NCBI GenBank assembly: GCA_043731355.1
Contig: JAYTJE010000024.1
Span: forward strand, 421 to 64,420
Reading direction: 5' to 3'
DNA length: 64,000 nucleotides
DNA from: Nitrospirota bacterium
GTDB lineage: Bacteria; Nitrospirota; UBA9217
Part shown: in pieces, positions 22,695 to 31,977 of the stretch
Numbering within the stretch: the first letter of the stretch is position 1
Layout of the letters: every line of letters begins with the position of its first letter
The notes under the pieces: generated by a model
Databases searched by the model: none
Told to the model about the DNA's origin: nothing
The model's input: the letters and a program-made list of their open reading frames with translations, nothing else
Made by a program: the position numbers and the translations under genes

Positions 22695-23525
22695 TCAGCC
22701 CTTGATAAGCCGGACAAGATCGCGAACAGCATGGTCCATGGATTCGGGAATGACGACATCCAAACCCCTTTCCCGCAGCTTCATGAACAACTCGGTGAGC
22801 AGCGGGGGGTCGATATTGGAAGCCTTCAGCGCTTCGGCCTGCGAGAAGATCTCGGCGGGAGTGCCTGCCGTGAGCACACCCTTGCCGCGGGCCAGCACAT
22901 AGACCCGGTCGGCGAATGCCGCCACCAGGTTAAGGTCGTGCGTGGACATGATGATGGTCATCCCCGCGCGGCGCCGTTCATTCAAGAGCGTCACCAACTC
23001 GCCCCGGGAACGGGAATCCAGCCCCTCAAAGGGCTCATCGAGGACCAGCAGCTCCGGTTGCATGACCAGGGCGCCGGCGAGCGCCACTTTCCGCTTTTCG
23101 CCGCCTGACAAATAGTGGCAGATCTTGTCGCCGAGCCGGCTGATCCCCAGCTCGTCCATGACCCGCGTCACCATCCGGGCGGTCCGCTCCTTATCATAGC
23201 CGTAGTTGCGCGGCGTAAAAGCGATATCGTCCCATACCGTCGGAGACAGGATCTGATCATCGACGTTCTGGAGCAGCACCCCGATGCGCTCACGGATTGT
23301 ATTGTATTTAAGGGCCGGGTTGATGTTGAAAACCGACACGCTGCCTTCATTCGGCGCAAGCAGACCCAGGATATGGAACAGCAGCGTGGTTTTGCCGGAC
23401 CCGTTTCCACCCAGGATCACAACGCGCTCGCCCCGGTTCACAACAAAATCCAGGCCGCAGATATGGATCTCCGTGGTGTCGGGATAAATATGTTTCAGAC
23501 AGCTTACTTTTACAAGAGTTTCCAT
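22695..23525 (-). CDS. cbiO: Cobalt/ECF transporter ATP-binding protein
   Basis: Walker A GGNGSGKTT, ABC signature LSGGEKRKVALA. Confidence 0.85.
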   Translation of the reverse strand: METLVKVSCLKHIYPDTTEIHICGLDFVVNRGERVVILGGNGSGKTTLLFHILGLLAPNEGSVSVFNINPALKYNTIRERIGVLLQNVDDQILSPTVWDDIAFTPRNYGYDKERTARMVTRVMDELGISRLGDKICHYLSGGEKRKVALAGALVMQPELLVLDEPFEGLDSRSRGELVTLLNERRRAGMTIIMSTHDLNLVAAFADRVYVLARGKGVLTAGTPAEIFSQAEALKASNIDPPLLTELFMKLRERGLDVVIPESMDHAVRDLVRLIKG

Positions 23526-23552
23526 AGCATCCTTGAGGTATTCGTCATAAAT

Positions 23553-24257
23553 CTATCTCCAGACGAGTACGAGCGTCAAGATTATAAGACCGGCGCCGAG
23601 CGGCAGCCAGTCGTCACGACGGAACCCTCCGCCTCCGGCCCGGGCCATGCTGCCCTGATAGCCCCGCACTGCCATGACCGCATAAAGACGGGTCGCCCGC
23701 TCCACGGCCTTGACGAGCAGCATGGCAATGCCTTTTGAGATATTTGCGCCGTTCTGGTAAATACTGCCCGGCGAGAAACCGCCCCGGAGCCTGATGGACA
23801 CCGCAAAGTTGCTCATCATATCAAGCAGAATGAAAAGCGTCCGGTAGGTCATGAACAGTCCAGCGGACAGCAGCTCCGGCAGCACCGTGCTGAGCAGCCC
23901 GAAGATCTTCGGATAGGGCGTGCTCACGATAAGGGTGAGCATGGCAAGCGCAGGCGTGATGGCCTTCAGGATCAACAGCGCATAGGCCTGGCTCCCGCCC
24001 CGAAGGCTCAGACCATAGAGCAGCGCAAAAACCGCGGAATAGAGTGAAAGCGCCACGACCTTGAACCAGGGCAGGCGGGACGAGACCGCCAGAAGCAGCA
24101 ACACCGCATATCCTGCCGCAAGGGGATAGGGATTACGCGTTACGACCGAAGCCGTCACGACCAGCAGCACGAAGATCACTTTGGAAAGCGCCGAGGCCCG
24201 GTGAAGAGGACCGGAACCGCTGGCTGCCCAATAATCGATCAGCGCAACATCCATCAT
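23553..24257 (-). CDS. cbiQ: Cobalt ECF transporter transmembrane (T) component
   Basis: CbiQ-family polytopic membrane protein; operon context. Confidence 0.75.
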   Translation of the reverse strand: MMDVALIDYWAASGSGPLHRASALSKVIFVLLVVTASVVTRNPYPLAAGYAVLLLLAVSSRLPWFKVVALSLYSAVFALLYGLSLRGGSQAYALLILKAITPALAMLTLIVSTPYPKIFGLLSTVLPELLSAGLFMTYRTLFILLDMMSNFAVSIRLRGGFSPGSIYQNGANISKGIAMLLVKAVERATRLYAVMAVRGYQGSMARAGGGGFRRDDWLPLGAGLIILTLVLVWR

Positions 24258-24961
24258 GACGGCATCCTCATGGTCACGGCGGACCGCTGCTTGTCATGAA
24301 GCTTGTGTTTCAACAGATCCGGTTTCACCTGAGCGACAAACTTCACGACCGCTCCGGTTATCGCGGCTTCGATAAGCCATCCGATCGATCCGAGGGAAAG
24401 CACCACGATCGCGAACGTGGAAATAGTGGGTTCGGAGGCGGCCTGAGCGTGGGCGCCTTCTTCATGGCCATGCAGAACGGCATCCACGTTAACATGCGAC
24501 AGCGACACGATGCCGATCAGGAGCAGTGTCGTGGTGAGCAGCGTCAGCACCGTAACCACGGCGGCCCGCCAGAATACGGGTAGACGCTGTCCCAGAAGAG
24601 AGAATAACATGTGCCCCACCACTGCTTCCGAGCCGAGCAGCAGCGTGTTCAGCCCGACGACGGTGATCCCCCCGTGCCCCATGAGCGCCAGAATAAGGTT
24701 CGTAATGAATGCGGCGACAAAACCGAGCGCCGGGCCGAGGAGTATCCCCGCCACCACCGAGAGATTGATGTGATACGCAAGGGGGAGGATCTCCAGGCTC
24801 ATGGCAACAAGCATGACCGCCGAAACAGCCCCCAGCAGAGGGATCTTCTTCTTCGCGTCCATGGACCGGAGCCTGATCAGACTGATCGACAGGGCAAGCG
24901 CCATGAGGAATAAACCGGAGAGCCAGAGCCAGACCGGCAGGATGCCGTCCGGGATATGCAT
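24254..24961 (-). CDS. cbiM: Cobalt transport substrate-capture component CbiM
   Basis: N-terminal MHIPDG motif characteristic of CbiM/NikM. Confidence 0.85.
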   Translation of the reverse strand: MHIPDGILPVWLWLSGLFLMALALSISLIRLRSMDAKKKIPLLGAVSAVMLVAMSLEILPLAYHINLSVVAGILLGPALGFVAAFITNLILALMGHGGITVVGLNTLLLGSEAVVGHMLFSLLGQRLPVFWRAAVVTVLTLLTTTLLLIGIVSLSHVNVDAVLHGHEEGAHAQAASEPTISTFAIVVLSLGSIGWLIEAAITGAVVKFVAQVKPDLLKHKLHDKQRSAVTMRMPS

Positions 24962-25004
24962 GTGCGTCATAGGGTGCGGCCCTTCCCTGGTGCTTCGCCG
25001 GCGG

Positions 25005-25430
25005 TCACTGGTCCTGCCCGCCGTTCTTGTGCACTCCCTTAATGAAGACCACGCGGCCGTTTCCGCCGATAAAAATGTTCAGCGCCCAGCTGATGACGCT
25101 GATGAGGAGCGCGCCCAGGAACGCCGCCCAAAAAGACTCGATGATAAAGCCGGGAACAACATCCGAAACAAGCATCAAGAGCGCCGCATTGATAACGAGC
25201 GTGAACAAACCGAGTGTCAGCAGATTGATCGGCAGCGTCAGGAGGAGCACCACGGGCCGGATCACGGCATTGACAATGCCGAGAATGCCTGCGGCGAGAA
25301 TGCCCATTCCCAGGCTCTGTATCCTGATCCCGTCGATGATTTTCGTGGCAGTTACCAGCGCGAGAAGGTTAATGGACCAGCGTACTAAAAAACCGAGCAT
25401 ACGACCTCCGACCTTAAAAAATTTTAACAT
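25005..25430 (-). CDS. DUF360 / phage-holin-4-like small membrane protein
   Basis: Four predicted TM helices and Gly-rich loops of the YvlD/DUF360 family. Confidence 0.5.
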   Translation of the reverse strand: MLKFFKVGGRMLGFLVRWSINLLALVTATKIIDGIRIQSLGMGILAAGILGIVNAVIRPVVLLLTLPINLLTLGLFTLVINAALLMLVSDVVPGFIIESFWAAFLGALLISVISWALNIFIGGNGRVVFIKGVHKNGGQDQ

Positions 25431-25730
25431 ACTTATGCCGCATTTGCAACCACGGAGTCTTCGGAAACCAAACGAACACAACGCTCTGACAGCGCCTGGC
25501 TTTTAAAAAAAAGTCTGTTTTCATGCGAATGAGATAGAAGGCCGCGAAGCGGCATTGCTGGAAGAAACTGGTTATGCAGATTGGTGAAAGCGCTCAAGAT
25601 TACAAAAAAGGCGGGAGTATCAAGGAGTAAAACTAAATCCAGCGCCACTGGCTAAACCTGCCCCATAATCCCCTGTTTCGAGAAATAGAGTGCAAAAACC
25701 GACGGCGCATAAACAAGAGAACAATAGTAT

Positions 25731-26663
25731 TTAAGGAGCAGTGACCTCCACGCTCACGCTTCCCGTAACACGGGTTATCGGGTCAGTCGCAATAATGAAT
25801 GCCGGGCCTGCGCCTACCGCAGTGGCAAGACCTTTTGAACCGGTTTGATTGCTGACAAGCACTGTCCCGGTTGATGATGAAGTCCATTCTACCGACCCTG
25901 TCATAAGCAGCGTCGTGGTAGCCAACGTCGTAATATTTTCGAAAGTTCCCGTTGCCGTAAACTGCTGATCGGGGCCGCTTACCGTCATACTGGTAGAAAG
26001 GGGCGTCACCGCAAGGGACTTCAATATGCTATCCGTAACGGTAAGCGTCGTCGTGCCGGATACGCCGCCGAATATCGTATCGGTTGCGGAAATGCTGACG
26101 GCGCCGGTCCCCGTCCCCGTGGTATAGACGGCGCCCCGAGAAACCGTAGCGATCAAGGAATCAGATGAAGACCAGGTCAGCGTTGGAGAGGACATCAAAC
26201 TCTGCGTGACTGTTGCGCCGGACCATACATACGAGGCTATTGCCGCAAACGAATGCTGTGTGCGAATAGGCATGATCGCATTTTCCGGCGTTATCGTAAT
26301 GGCGCTGGGCGTAGCAATGGTAAGCAGGGAGGTACTAGTAAAATTATTGTACGGCTCGACCGCGGTAATGGTTGTCGTGCCGGCGGACAAAACGGTAACA
26401 TAACCGGTTGTACCCGCTGTCATACCTACCGTTGCAACGGCGGGATTTGATGAACTCCAGGTTACTTCTGACGTATAGTTCAGGACCTTCCCATCCGAAA
26501 AAGTACCGGTAGCCGTGAATTGAATCCCGCTCACCACGGCAGGATTGACCGGCGTTACGGCGATCGATACGAGTTTTGCGCTATTGGAAGAGCAGCTCAT
26601 GAAACCCAGCGCGGCTAGAACAAGCGCCGCCGCCATTACGATACCGGCCCTGAAGCTCTTCAT
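25731..26663 (-). CDS. Lipoprotein with three tandem bacterial Ig-like (Big_2) domains
   Basis: Signal peptide with lipobox LGFMSC; three ~90-aa Thr/Ser/Val-rich repeats with Big_2-like pattern. Confidence 0.7.
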   Translation of the reverse strand: MKSFRAGIVMAAALVLAALGFMSCSSNSAKLVSIAVTPVNPAVVSGIQFTATGTFSDGKVLNYTSEVTWSSSNPAVATVGMTAGTTGYVTVLSAGTTTITAVEPYNNFTSTSLLTIATPSAITITPENAIMPIRTQHSFAAIASYVWSGATVTQSLMSSPTLTWSSSDSLIATVSRGAVYTTGTGTGAVSISATDTIFGGVSGTTTLTVTDSILKSLAVTPLSTSMTVSGPDQQFTATGTFENITTLATTTLLMTGSVEWTSSSTGTVLVSNQTGSKGLATAVGAGPAFIIATDPITRVTGSVSVEVTAP

Positions 26664-26798
26664 GCGCTTCTCTCCTTACCAGTCATTGCTCTCATTTTCC
26701 TACCGCCGGCCACAGCTCGACAGGATCAAATCGGCGCTTATAATACAGCTGGAAACCTTCTTTTGTCAAACTTTAATATTGCGGCAAAATCGCCTCGG

Positions 26799-27317
26799 CT
26801 ATGGCTTCACCTGCTCAACAAATCTCCCCTGGTAGGTCGCATGACCGTCGCATTTTTCAAATATAAACTGGCAGATCCTGGTGCCCGGATACAAGGCCAG
26901 GGGACCATTTCCCAAATTCACGATCTCCAGGACCTGGTGGTTCGAGATACCCGGATGCATGAAACCGGCGGTCACGTGCACCGCAAGGCCAAAACGGGCA
27001 AACCTGCTTCGTCCTTCAAGCCTGCCGGAGATATTGTCGGCAAGCGTGATCTTTTCCTTCGTGATGCCCAGGACCATTTCGCCCGGCTTTATAACGATAT
27101 AGCCGCCGTCTTTTACATGAACGTCTCGGGTTATATCCTGAAAATGTGAATCGTTCTTTATATGATAGGTCTTGAACTTTTTCTTAAAGATCCTGAAATC
27201 ATTGCCAAGAGAGAGATCGACCGAACCAGGCCCGATCTGCGACCGGTCAAGGGGCTCGATCACGATCGACCCGTTTTCCATGGCTTTTTCAATTTCTTTC
27301 CCGATCAAGACACTCAT
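26799..27317 (-). CDS. dcd: dCTP deaminase
   Basis: dUTPase-like fold, 172 aa. Confidence 0.8.
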   Translation of the reverse strand: MSVLIGKEIEKAMENGSIVIEPLDRSQIGPGSVDLSLGNDFRIFKKKFKTYHIKNDSHFQDITRDVHVKDGGYIVIKPGEMVLGITKEKITLADNISGRLEGRSRFARFGLAVHVTAGFMHPGISNHQVLEIVNLGNGPLALYPGTRICQFIFEKCDGHATYQGRFVEQVKP

Positions 27318-27488
27318 CGTTCGTCATCCTCCCGATTCATTACAAGAATGGGGTAAGCCCACCCTGCCGGTCACACACCTTCGTTTTCTCGAACCAGGGA
27401 GCATTCATTGCGCGCACTGCCTAAAGGAAGCGTGAAGATGGCCGTGAAACGGCGTCAGGAGGGAAGAACAGCGCTTCTGATTGCGTGG

Positions 27489-28331
27489 CTACTCCGCGAA
27501 AAAATCGAGCATTTTGCCGACCGTGGCGCGCATTTCGCGGCGTGAAACGATCATGTCGATCATCCCGTGCTCCAGGAGAAATTCCGCCCGCTGAAACCCG
27601 GGAGGAAGCTGCTGCTTGATCGTCTGCTCGATCACGCGCGGCCCGGCAAAACCGACAAGGCTTTTGGGTTCCGCCAGGATGATATCCCCCAGCATGGCAA
27701 AGCTCGCGGTGACGCCGCCGAAGGTAGGGTCCGTCAGGATCGAGATGAAGGGAAGACCGGCCTGACCCAACCGCGCAACAGCAGCCGACGTCTTCGCCAT
27801 CTGCATGAGCGAGAGGATCCCCTCCTGCATACGGGCCCCGCCCGAAGAAGCGACCGAAACAAAAGGCGTTTTGTTCTCGATGGCCCGCTCTACCGCCCGC
27901 GCGATCTTTTCCCCCACGACCGAACCCATGCTGCCGCCCATAAAATTGAAATCCATGATCACGAGCGACACGGGCTTTCCGCCAATCCTCGCCTCGCCGG
28001 ATATGATAGCGTCCTTCAGTCCCGTTTTTTTGCGGCTTGCTTTCAGCTTGTCTTTGTAGTCCTTGAAACCGAGAAAATCCCTGGGCGACAACCCATCTTC
28101 CACCTCAAGGAAACTGCCCTCGTCCACGAGGTAGGGCAGACGCTCCGAAGCGGAGATGCGGAAATGGTAGTCGCACTTCGGGCAGACCTTGAAGTTCTTG
28201 TCCACTTCCTTGCGGTAGATGATCTCTTTGCAGTTGTCGCATTTGACCCAGAGCCCCTCGGGGATCTTTACTTTTTTCGCCGGCGCCTCTACTGCCGCGC
28301 TCTCGGGTCGTTCTTTTTTAAACCAAGCCAT
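27489..28331 (-). CDS. accD: Acetyl-CoA carboxylase carboxyltransferase beta subunit
   Basis: N-terminal zinc ribbon CDNC...CPKC followed by the crotonase-like CT domain. Confidence 0.9.
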   Translation of the reverse strand: MAWFKKERPESAAVEAPAKKVKIPEGLWVKCDNCKEIIYRKEVDKNFKVCPKCDYHFRISASERLPYLVDEGSFLEVEDGLSPRDFLGFKDYKDKLKASRKKTGLKDAIISGEARIGGKPVSLVIMDFNFMGGSMGSVVGEKIARAVERAIENKTPFVSVASSGGARMQEGILSLMQMAKTSAAVARLGQAGLPFISILTDPTFGGVTASFAMLGDIILAEPKSLVGFAGPRVIEQTIKQQLPPGFQRAEFLLEHGMIDMIVSRREMRATVGKMLDFFAE

Positions 28332-28340
28332 AAAACTCCT

Positions 28341-29108
28341 TTAAAACTGGTACGTCTTCCCTTCCTGCAATACTTTCACGTTCTTCCGGCCCAGCGCCCG
28401 GAGCTCACTGATAACTTTTTTCTTGTGCACGGGTTTGATATGGTAGATGTAGATCGGCACCGTGCTCTTCACCTTGGCTTTGGCGAGGTCGGCATGGAGC
28501 TGTGCCGGAGTAAAATGGCCGCTCAAACCGGCGACGACGTCCAGACTGTTCGGAAACGAGGTGTCCACGATGATCGCCTTGAGTTTTTTTGCTTTTGCCG
28601 CCACCCGCCAGAGACCTTCGTTGGGGCCGGTATCGGCGCTGTAGATTATCGTTGACCGGGCATCGCTCACCATGAATCCCACCGCGGGTACCGGATGGTT
28701 CATCGGGATGGCCTGCACCGTGAGCCCGGCCACGAATATAGGAATCCCCGCGGGAAAAGGCTTGTAGGCCAGCACCGGATTCTTCGCCGTCGGGATTTTG
28801 GTGAAATCCGGCCAGATCAGGTCGTTCATCAGGTGCTTTTTGATGGCGTCGATCACTTTGGGGATGGCCCGGACATTGACCGGCTGTTTAATGCGGCCGA
28901 TGATGTTGTCCGCAAGGAACAGCAGCGCTTTGATGTGATCAAGGTGGGTATGGCTGATAAATATATCGGTTATCCTGCTCTGCGCCTGGATGCTTAAGGC
29001 CGCGGTTATGGTTCCGGCATCCAGCATGACGGTATCGTTCACCAGAAATCCCGGCGGATTGTGGCCTATCGCTTCTGAACCGGAGCAGCCCAGTATTTTT
29101 ACCTTCAT
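28341..29108 (-). CDS. MBL-fold class-II 3',5'-cyclic-nucleotide phosphodiesterase-like protein
   Basis: HTHLDH metal-binding motif, 255 aa. Confidence 0.6.
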   Translation of the reverse strand: MKVKILGCSGSEAIGHNPPGFLVNDTVMLDAGTITAALSIQAQSRITDIFISHTHLDHIKALLFLADNIIGRIKQPVNVRAIPKVIDAIKKHLMNDLIWPDFTKIPTAKNPVLAYKPFPAGIPIFVAGLTVQAIPMNHPVPAVGFMVSDARSTIIYSADTGPNEGLWRVAAKAKKLKAIIVDTSFPNSLDVVAGLSGHFTPAQLHADLAKAKVKSTVPIYIYHIKPVHKKKVISELRALGRKNVKVLQEGKTYQF

Positions 29109-29173
29109 GCAACCCCCCTCGTTGAGCGCATCATAAATTTTAAGGCAGCCCTCTAAACCCTGCAGCCGTCCTC

Positions 29174-31069
29174 TTACTTCATGCCCACCAGATCATACAC
29201 CACCACCGGGAAATCTTTTCCCTTAACGGTCACACTGTCTAATTCATTCGCGACCACGAGCTCCTTCACCCGCTCATAGGTATATTCCGAGATGATGATA
29301 TGATTATTATACTTTCTTGTCAAGCCTTCCAGCCGCGCGCCGAGATTCACATTGTCGCCAATGACCGTGTAATCCATCTTTTTGCCCAGCGCGCCCATGT
29401 TCCCGACCACCATGTCCCCGGTGTTGATGCCGATGCCGATATCGATAACATACTTGCCCTCGGCCGCCCACTTTGCCTGCAACTTCTTTAATTTCTCGAT
29501 CATGGCAAGAGCGCACCGGCAGGCGCGCTCGGCATGGTCGGGCTGGCCGATGGGCGCCCCCCACAGGACCATGATGGCGTCGCCCACAAACTTATCGAGG
29601 GTCCCTTCGTGTTCGAAGACGATGTCGGTCATGGCCCCCAGATACTCATTCAGCAAAGAGACCACTTCTTCGGGCTGATGCTTCTCGGAAAAGGAGGTAA
29701 AACCGCGGATATCGGAAAAGAGCACCGTGATCTCTTTGCGGTCGCCGCCCAGCTTGGCCTTGCTCGGGTCCCGGATAAGCTCGTCCACAATGCGCTTCGA
29801 CACGTAACTGGAGAACATCTTGCGGATGTCCCGCGCGCGACGCTCTTCCGTGAAGAACCGGTAGGCGGTCTGGCTGGTGTACCCGAAGAACAGCGCCGAG
29901 GCGGGATAGACCAGGTTGAACCAGATCCCTTTGCCCGCAAAGAGGTAGTACACAACACCGCAATAGGACACGAAGAGCGCCAGGAACAGTGCGGCGCCGG
30001 CCTTGGCGCCAAGCCGCGGGATCGCGATGCCGAGGATGATGGCGAACAGAAGGACCAGCGGAACGTCCATGATCGCCGTGCGGTAGATAAAGTCCTCATG
30101 CAGGATATTGTCCACAACGCTCGCATGTTTTTCGATCCCCGCCATGTTGGGCGAGAAGGGCGTGACACGGAGATCGTAAATGCCGATGGCGGTAGCGCCG
30201 ATCAGGACGACCTTGCCCTTGAGCTTCTCCGCCGGCACCAGGCCGTCAAGGATGTCCGCAACAGGATACAGGGGGAACGTGTTGTTCGGGCCCCGGTAGT
30301 TGATGAGCATGCGGCCGAACTCATCGATGGGGATACGGGTATGGTCCAGCTGAACAGCGCCGCTGAAGTCCAGTGCCGCCTGCTCAGGGCTCAGCTCCCG
30401 ATACAACCGCGCGGCCTGCAAACCGATGGGCGGGTAGTAGTCCCCCTGGTACTCAATGGCCAGCGACTCCCACCGGAGGGTGCCGTCGCGATCGGGGACC
30501 ATGTTGATATGGGCAAGGTTTTTGGCGAACGCGGAGAACCGCAACAACGGCGGCAGGACCATCCTTGCCTGGAACGGGTGGAGCGGTTCTCCCGTGTTCC
30601 TGAGCACGGCGAAGGCCGACGGTGTCATGAAATCGAGCTTTTTGTCGGTGAATCCCGACTCCTTGTAGCCCGTTTCGGTAAAATCGAATACCACGGGCAG
30701 GACCACGCGGTTGCTGTGCATGATCGCCTGCTGGAACAGGTCGTCGGATGCGACATTCTCCGGCTCCGCAAAGAACACGTCGAACACGATGACCCGCGCG
30801 CCGAGTTCGGTCAGCCGGTCGACGACCCGGGCCCATACCGAGCGGGGCCAGGGGAACCGGCCGAGCTTATTGATGCTCTTCTCATCAATGGCCGCGATAA
30901 TCGTCTCCGGGCCCGGCGCGATGGCGCCCCGGATATTGAACCGGAAATCAAGCGTTTTTTCCTCCAGCATTTCCATGAAACCAACGTTCATGAGATGCAT
31001 GAGCGAAAGCGCCAGCGCCACAATGAGCGCTATCGTGAGCCCCGCTTTTTTCCCTGTCGTCTGCTTCAT
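29174..31069 (-). CDS. CHASE2 sensor-domain adenylate/guanylate cyclase (class III)
   Basis: CHASE2 hallmarks (FPWPR, VIVFDVFF), TM segments, C-terminal cyclase catalytic domain (FSDIRGFT...GDAIM); start set at MKQTTGKK. Confidence 0.85.
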   Translation of the reverse strand: MKQTTGKKAGLTIALIVALALSLMHLMNVGFMEMLEEKTLDFRFNIRGAIAPGPETIIAAIDEKSINKLGRFPWPRSVWARVVDRLTELGARVIVFDVFFAEPENVASDDLFQQAIMHSNRVVLPVVFDFTETGYKESGFTDKKLDFMTPSAFAVLRNTGEPLHPFQARMVLPPLLRFSAFAKNLAHINMVPDRDGTLRWESLAIEYQGDYYPPIGLQAARLYRELSPEQAALDFSGAVQLDHTRIPIDEFGRMLINYRGPNNTFPLYPVADILDGLVPAEKLKGKVVLIGATAIGIYDLRVTPFSPNMAGIEKHASVVDNILHEDFIYRTAIMDVPLVLLFAIILGIAIPRLGAKAGAALFLALFVSYCGVVYYLFAGKGIWFNLVYPASALFFGYTSQTAYRFFTEERRARDIRKMFSSYVSKRIVDELIRDPSKAKLGGDRKEITVLFSDIRGFTSFSEKHQPEEVVSLLNEYLGAMTDIVFEHEGTLDKFVGDAIMVLWGAPIGQPDHAERACRCALAMIEKLKKLQAKWAAEGKYVIDIGIGINTGDMVVGNMGALGKKMDYTVIGDNVNLGARLEGLTRKYNNHIIISEYTYERVKELVVANELDSVTVKGKDFPVVVYDLVGMK

Positions 31070-31113
31070 ATTCTCTCCTCCAACCCGGACAAACTGGAGC
31101 CAAACCTTTTTAC

Positions 31114-31211
31114 CACGAAGAGCACGAAGTTCACGAAGAGAAAAACTGAACCCCATTATTTAAAAACCAAAAACGAACTCCTTCGTGATTTTCGTGACCT
31201 TCGTGGTAGAT
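31114..31211. repeat. ~98-bp palindromic MITE/REP-like element, copy 1 (TIR TTTTACCACGAAG...CTTCGTGGTA; each arm carries three NNCACGAAG 9-mers)
   Basis: Read directly; a related copy at 57134-57232. Confidence 0.7.
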
Positions 31212-31273
31212 TTTCTGCTCATGTGTGAAGAATTCTATTTTTTAAGTTACTCTGTATCTCCCTTGCCATGACG

Positions 31274-31918
31274 CTACGCCATTTCCCCGAAGATTTCCCG
31301 CATTTCGAGATAGCGGACCAGCTTGTCAACCTGTTCCTGGTTCATGATATGGACCTTGTCCTCACTGAGGTTCACGATCCGGACGCTGGCGAGTTTTTCC
31401 AAAATAGTCCTGGCCTGGGCGGCCTCGATGCCGGCCACGCCGGCAAGGTCGTCGACGGTCATGGTAAACCCGCCGCCCTGTTTGTTGTCACGCACATGCT
31501 TCGCCAGGATGCTCACGAGCCGGCTCGTATTGTCCTTGATCATCAGCGATTCCATCTGGTCGTTGGTCTCGCGCAGCCGGTCGGCAAGCCGTTTGATGAA
31601 CCGGACCGCGATCTCTGCGTTGCCCCTGATCAACGCATCAAAGGTCTTGCGGTCGATCATGAGCATCTCGCATTCTTCGATGGTTTCCGCCGAGGCGGAG
31701 CGGGGCTTGTCGTTCAGTATGGCCATCTCGCCGAAGAACTCGCCCTTTTCAAGCGTTGCCAGCGTCTTTTCCACGCCGCGGATCCGCTTGCTGATCTTCA
31801 CCCTGCCGGACTGCAGGATGTACATTTCCTCGCCCCGGTCGCCTTCGTTAAAGAGCACCGTGCCTGGCGGGATTTTTCTGCCGAATTTTGAATACAGCTG
31901 GACCTGGACCTCGCTCAT
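31274..31918 (-). CDS. Crp/Fnr-family cNMP-binding transcriptional regulator
   Basis: cNMP-binding domain (FGEMAIL...RSASA) plus C-terminal HTH. Confidence 0.8.
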   Translation of the reverse strand: MSEVQVQLYSKFGRKIPPGTVLFNEGDRGEEMYILQSGRVKISKRIRGVEKTLATLEKGEFFGEMAILNDKPRSASAETIEECEMLMIDRKTFDALIRGNAEIAVRFIKRLADRLRETNDQMESLMIKDNTSRLVSILAKHVRDNKQGGGFTMTVDDLAGVAGIEAAQARTILEKLASVRIVNLSEDKVHIMNQEQVDKLVRYLEMREIFGEMA

Positions 31919-31977
31919 ACAAACCCCCTTGGTAGTTGGTCAACGGCCGGAATTACAGTATAGGATAACGGGTAGTA

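Noticed and set aside
24254-24970. CbiM-CbiN fusion
   Set aside because: Length (238 aa) and TM count fit CbiM alone. The His-rich loop and C-terminus do not resemble the two-helix CbiN, so no fusion is claimed.
25481-25731. Possible small RNA or regulatory element in the 250-bp gap upstream of the Big_2 lipoprotein
   Set aside because: No conserved structure, repeat or promoter-like signal could be supported by eye.
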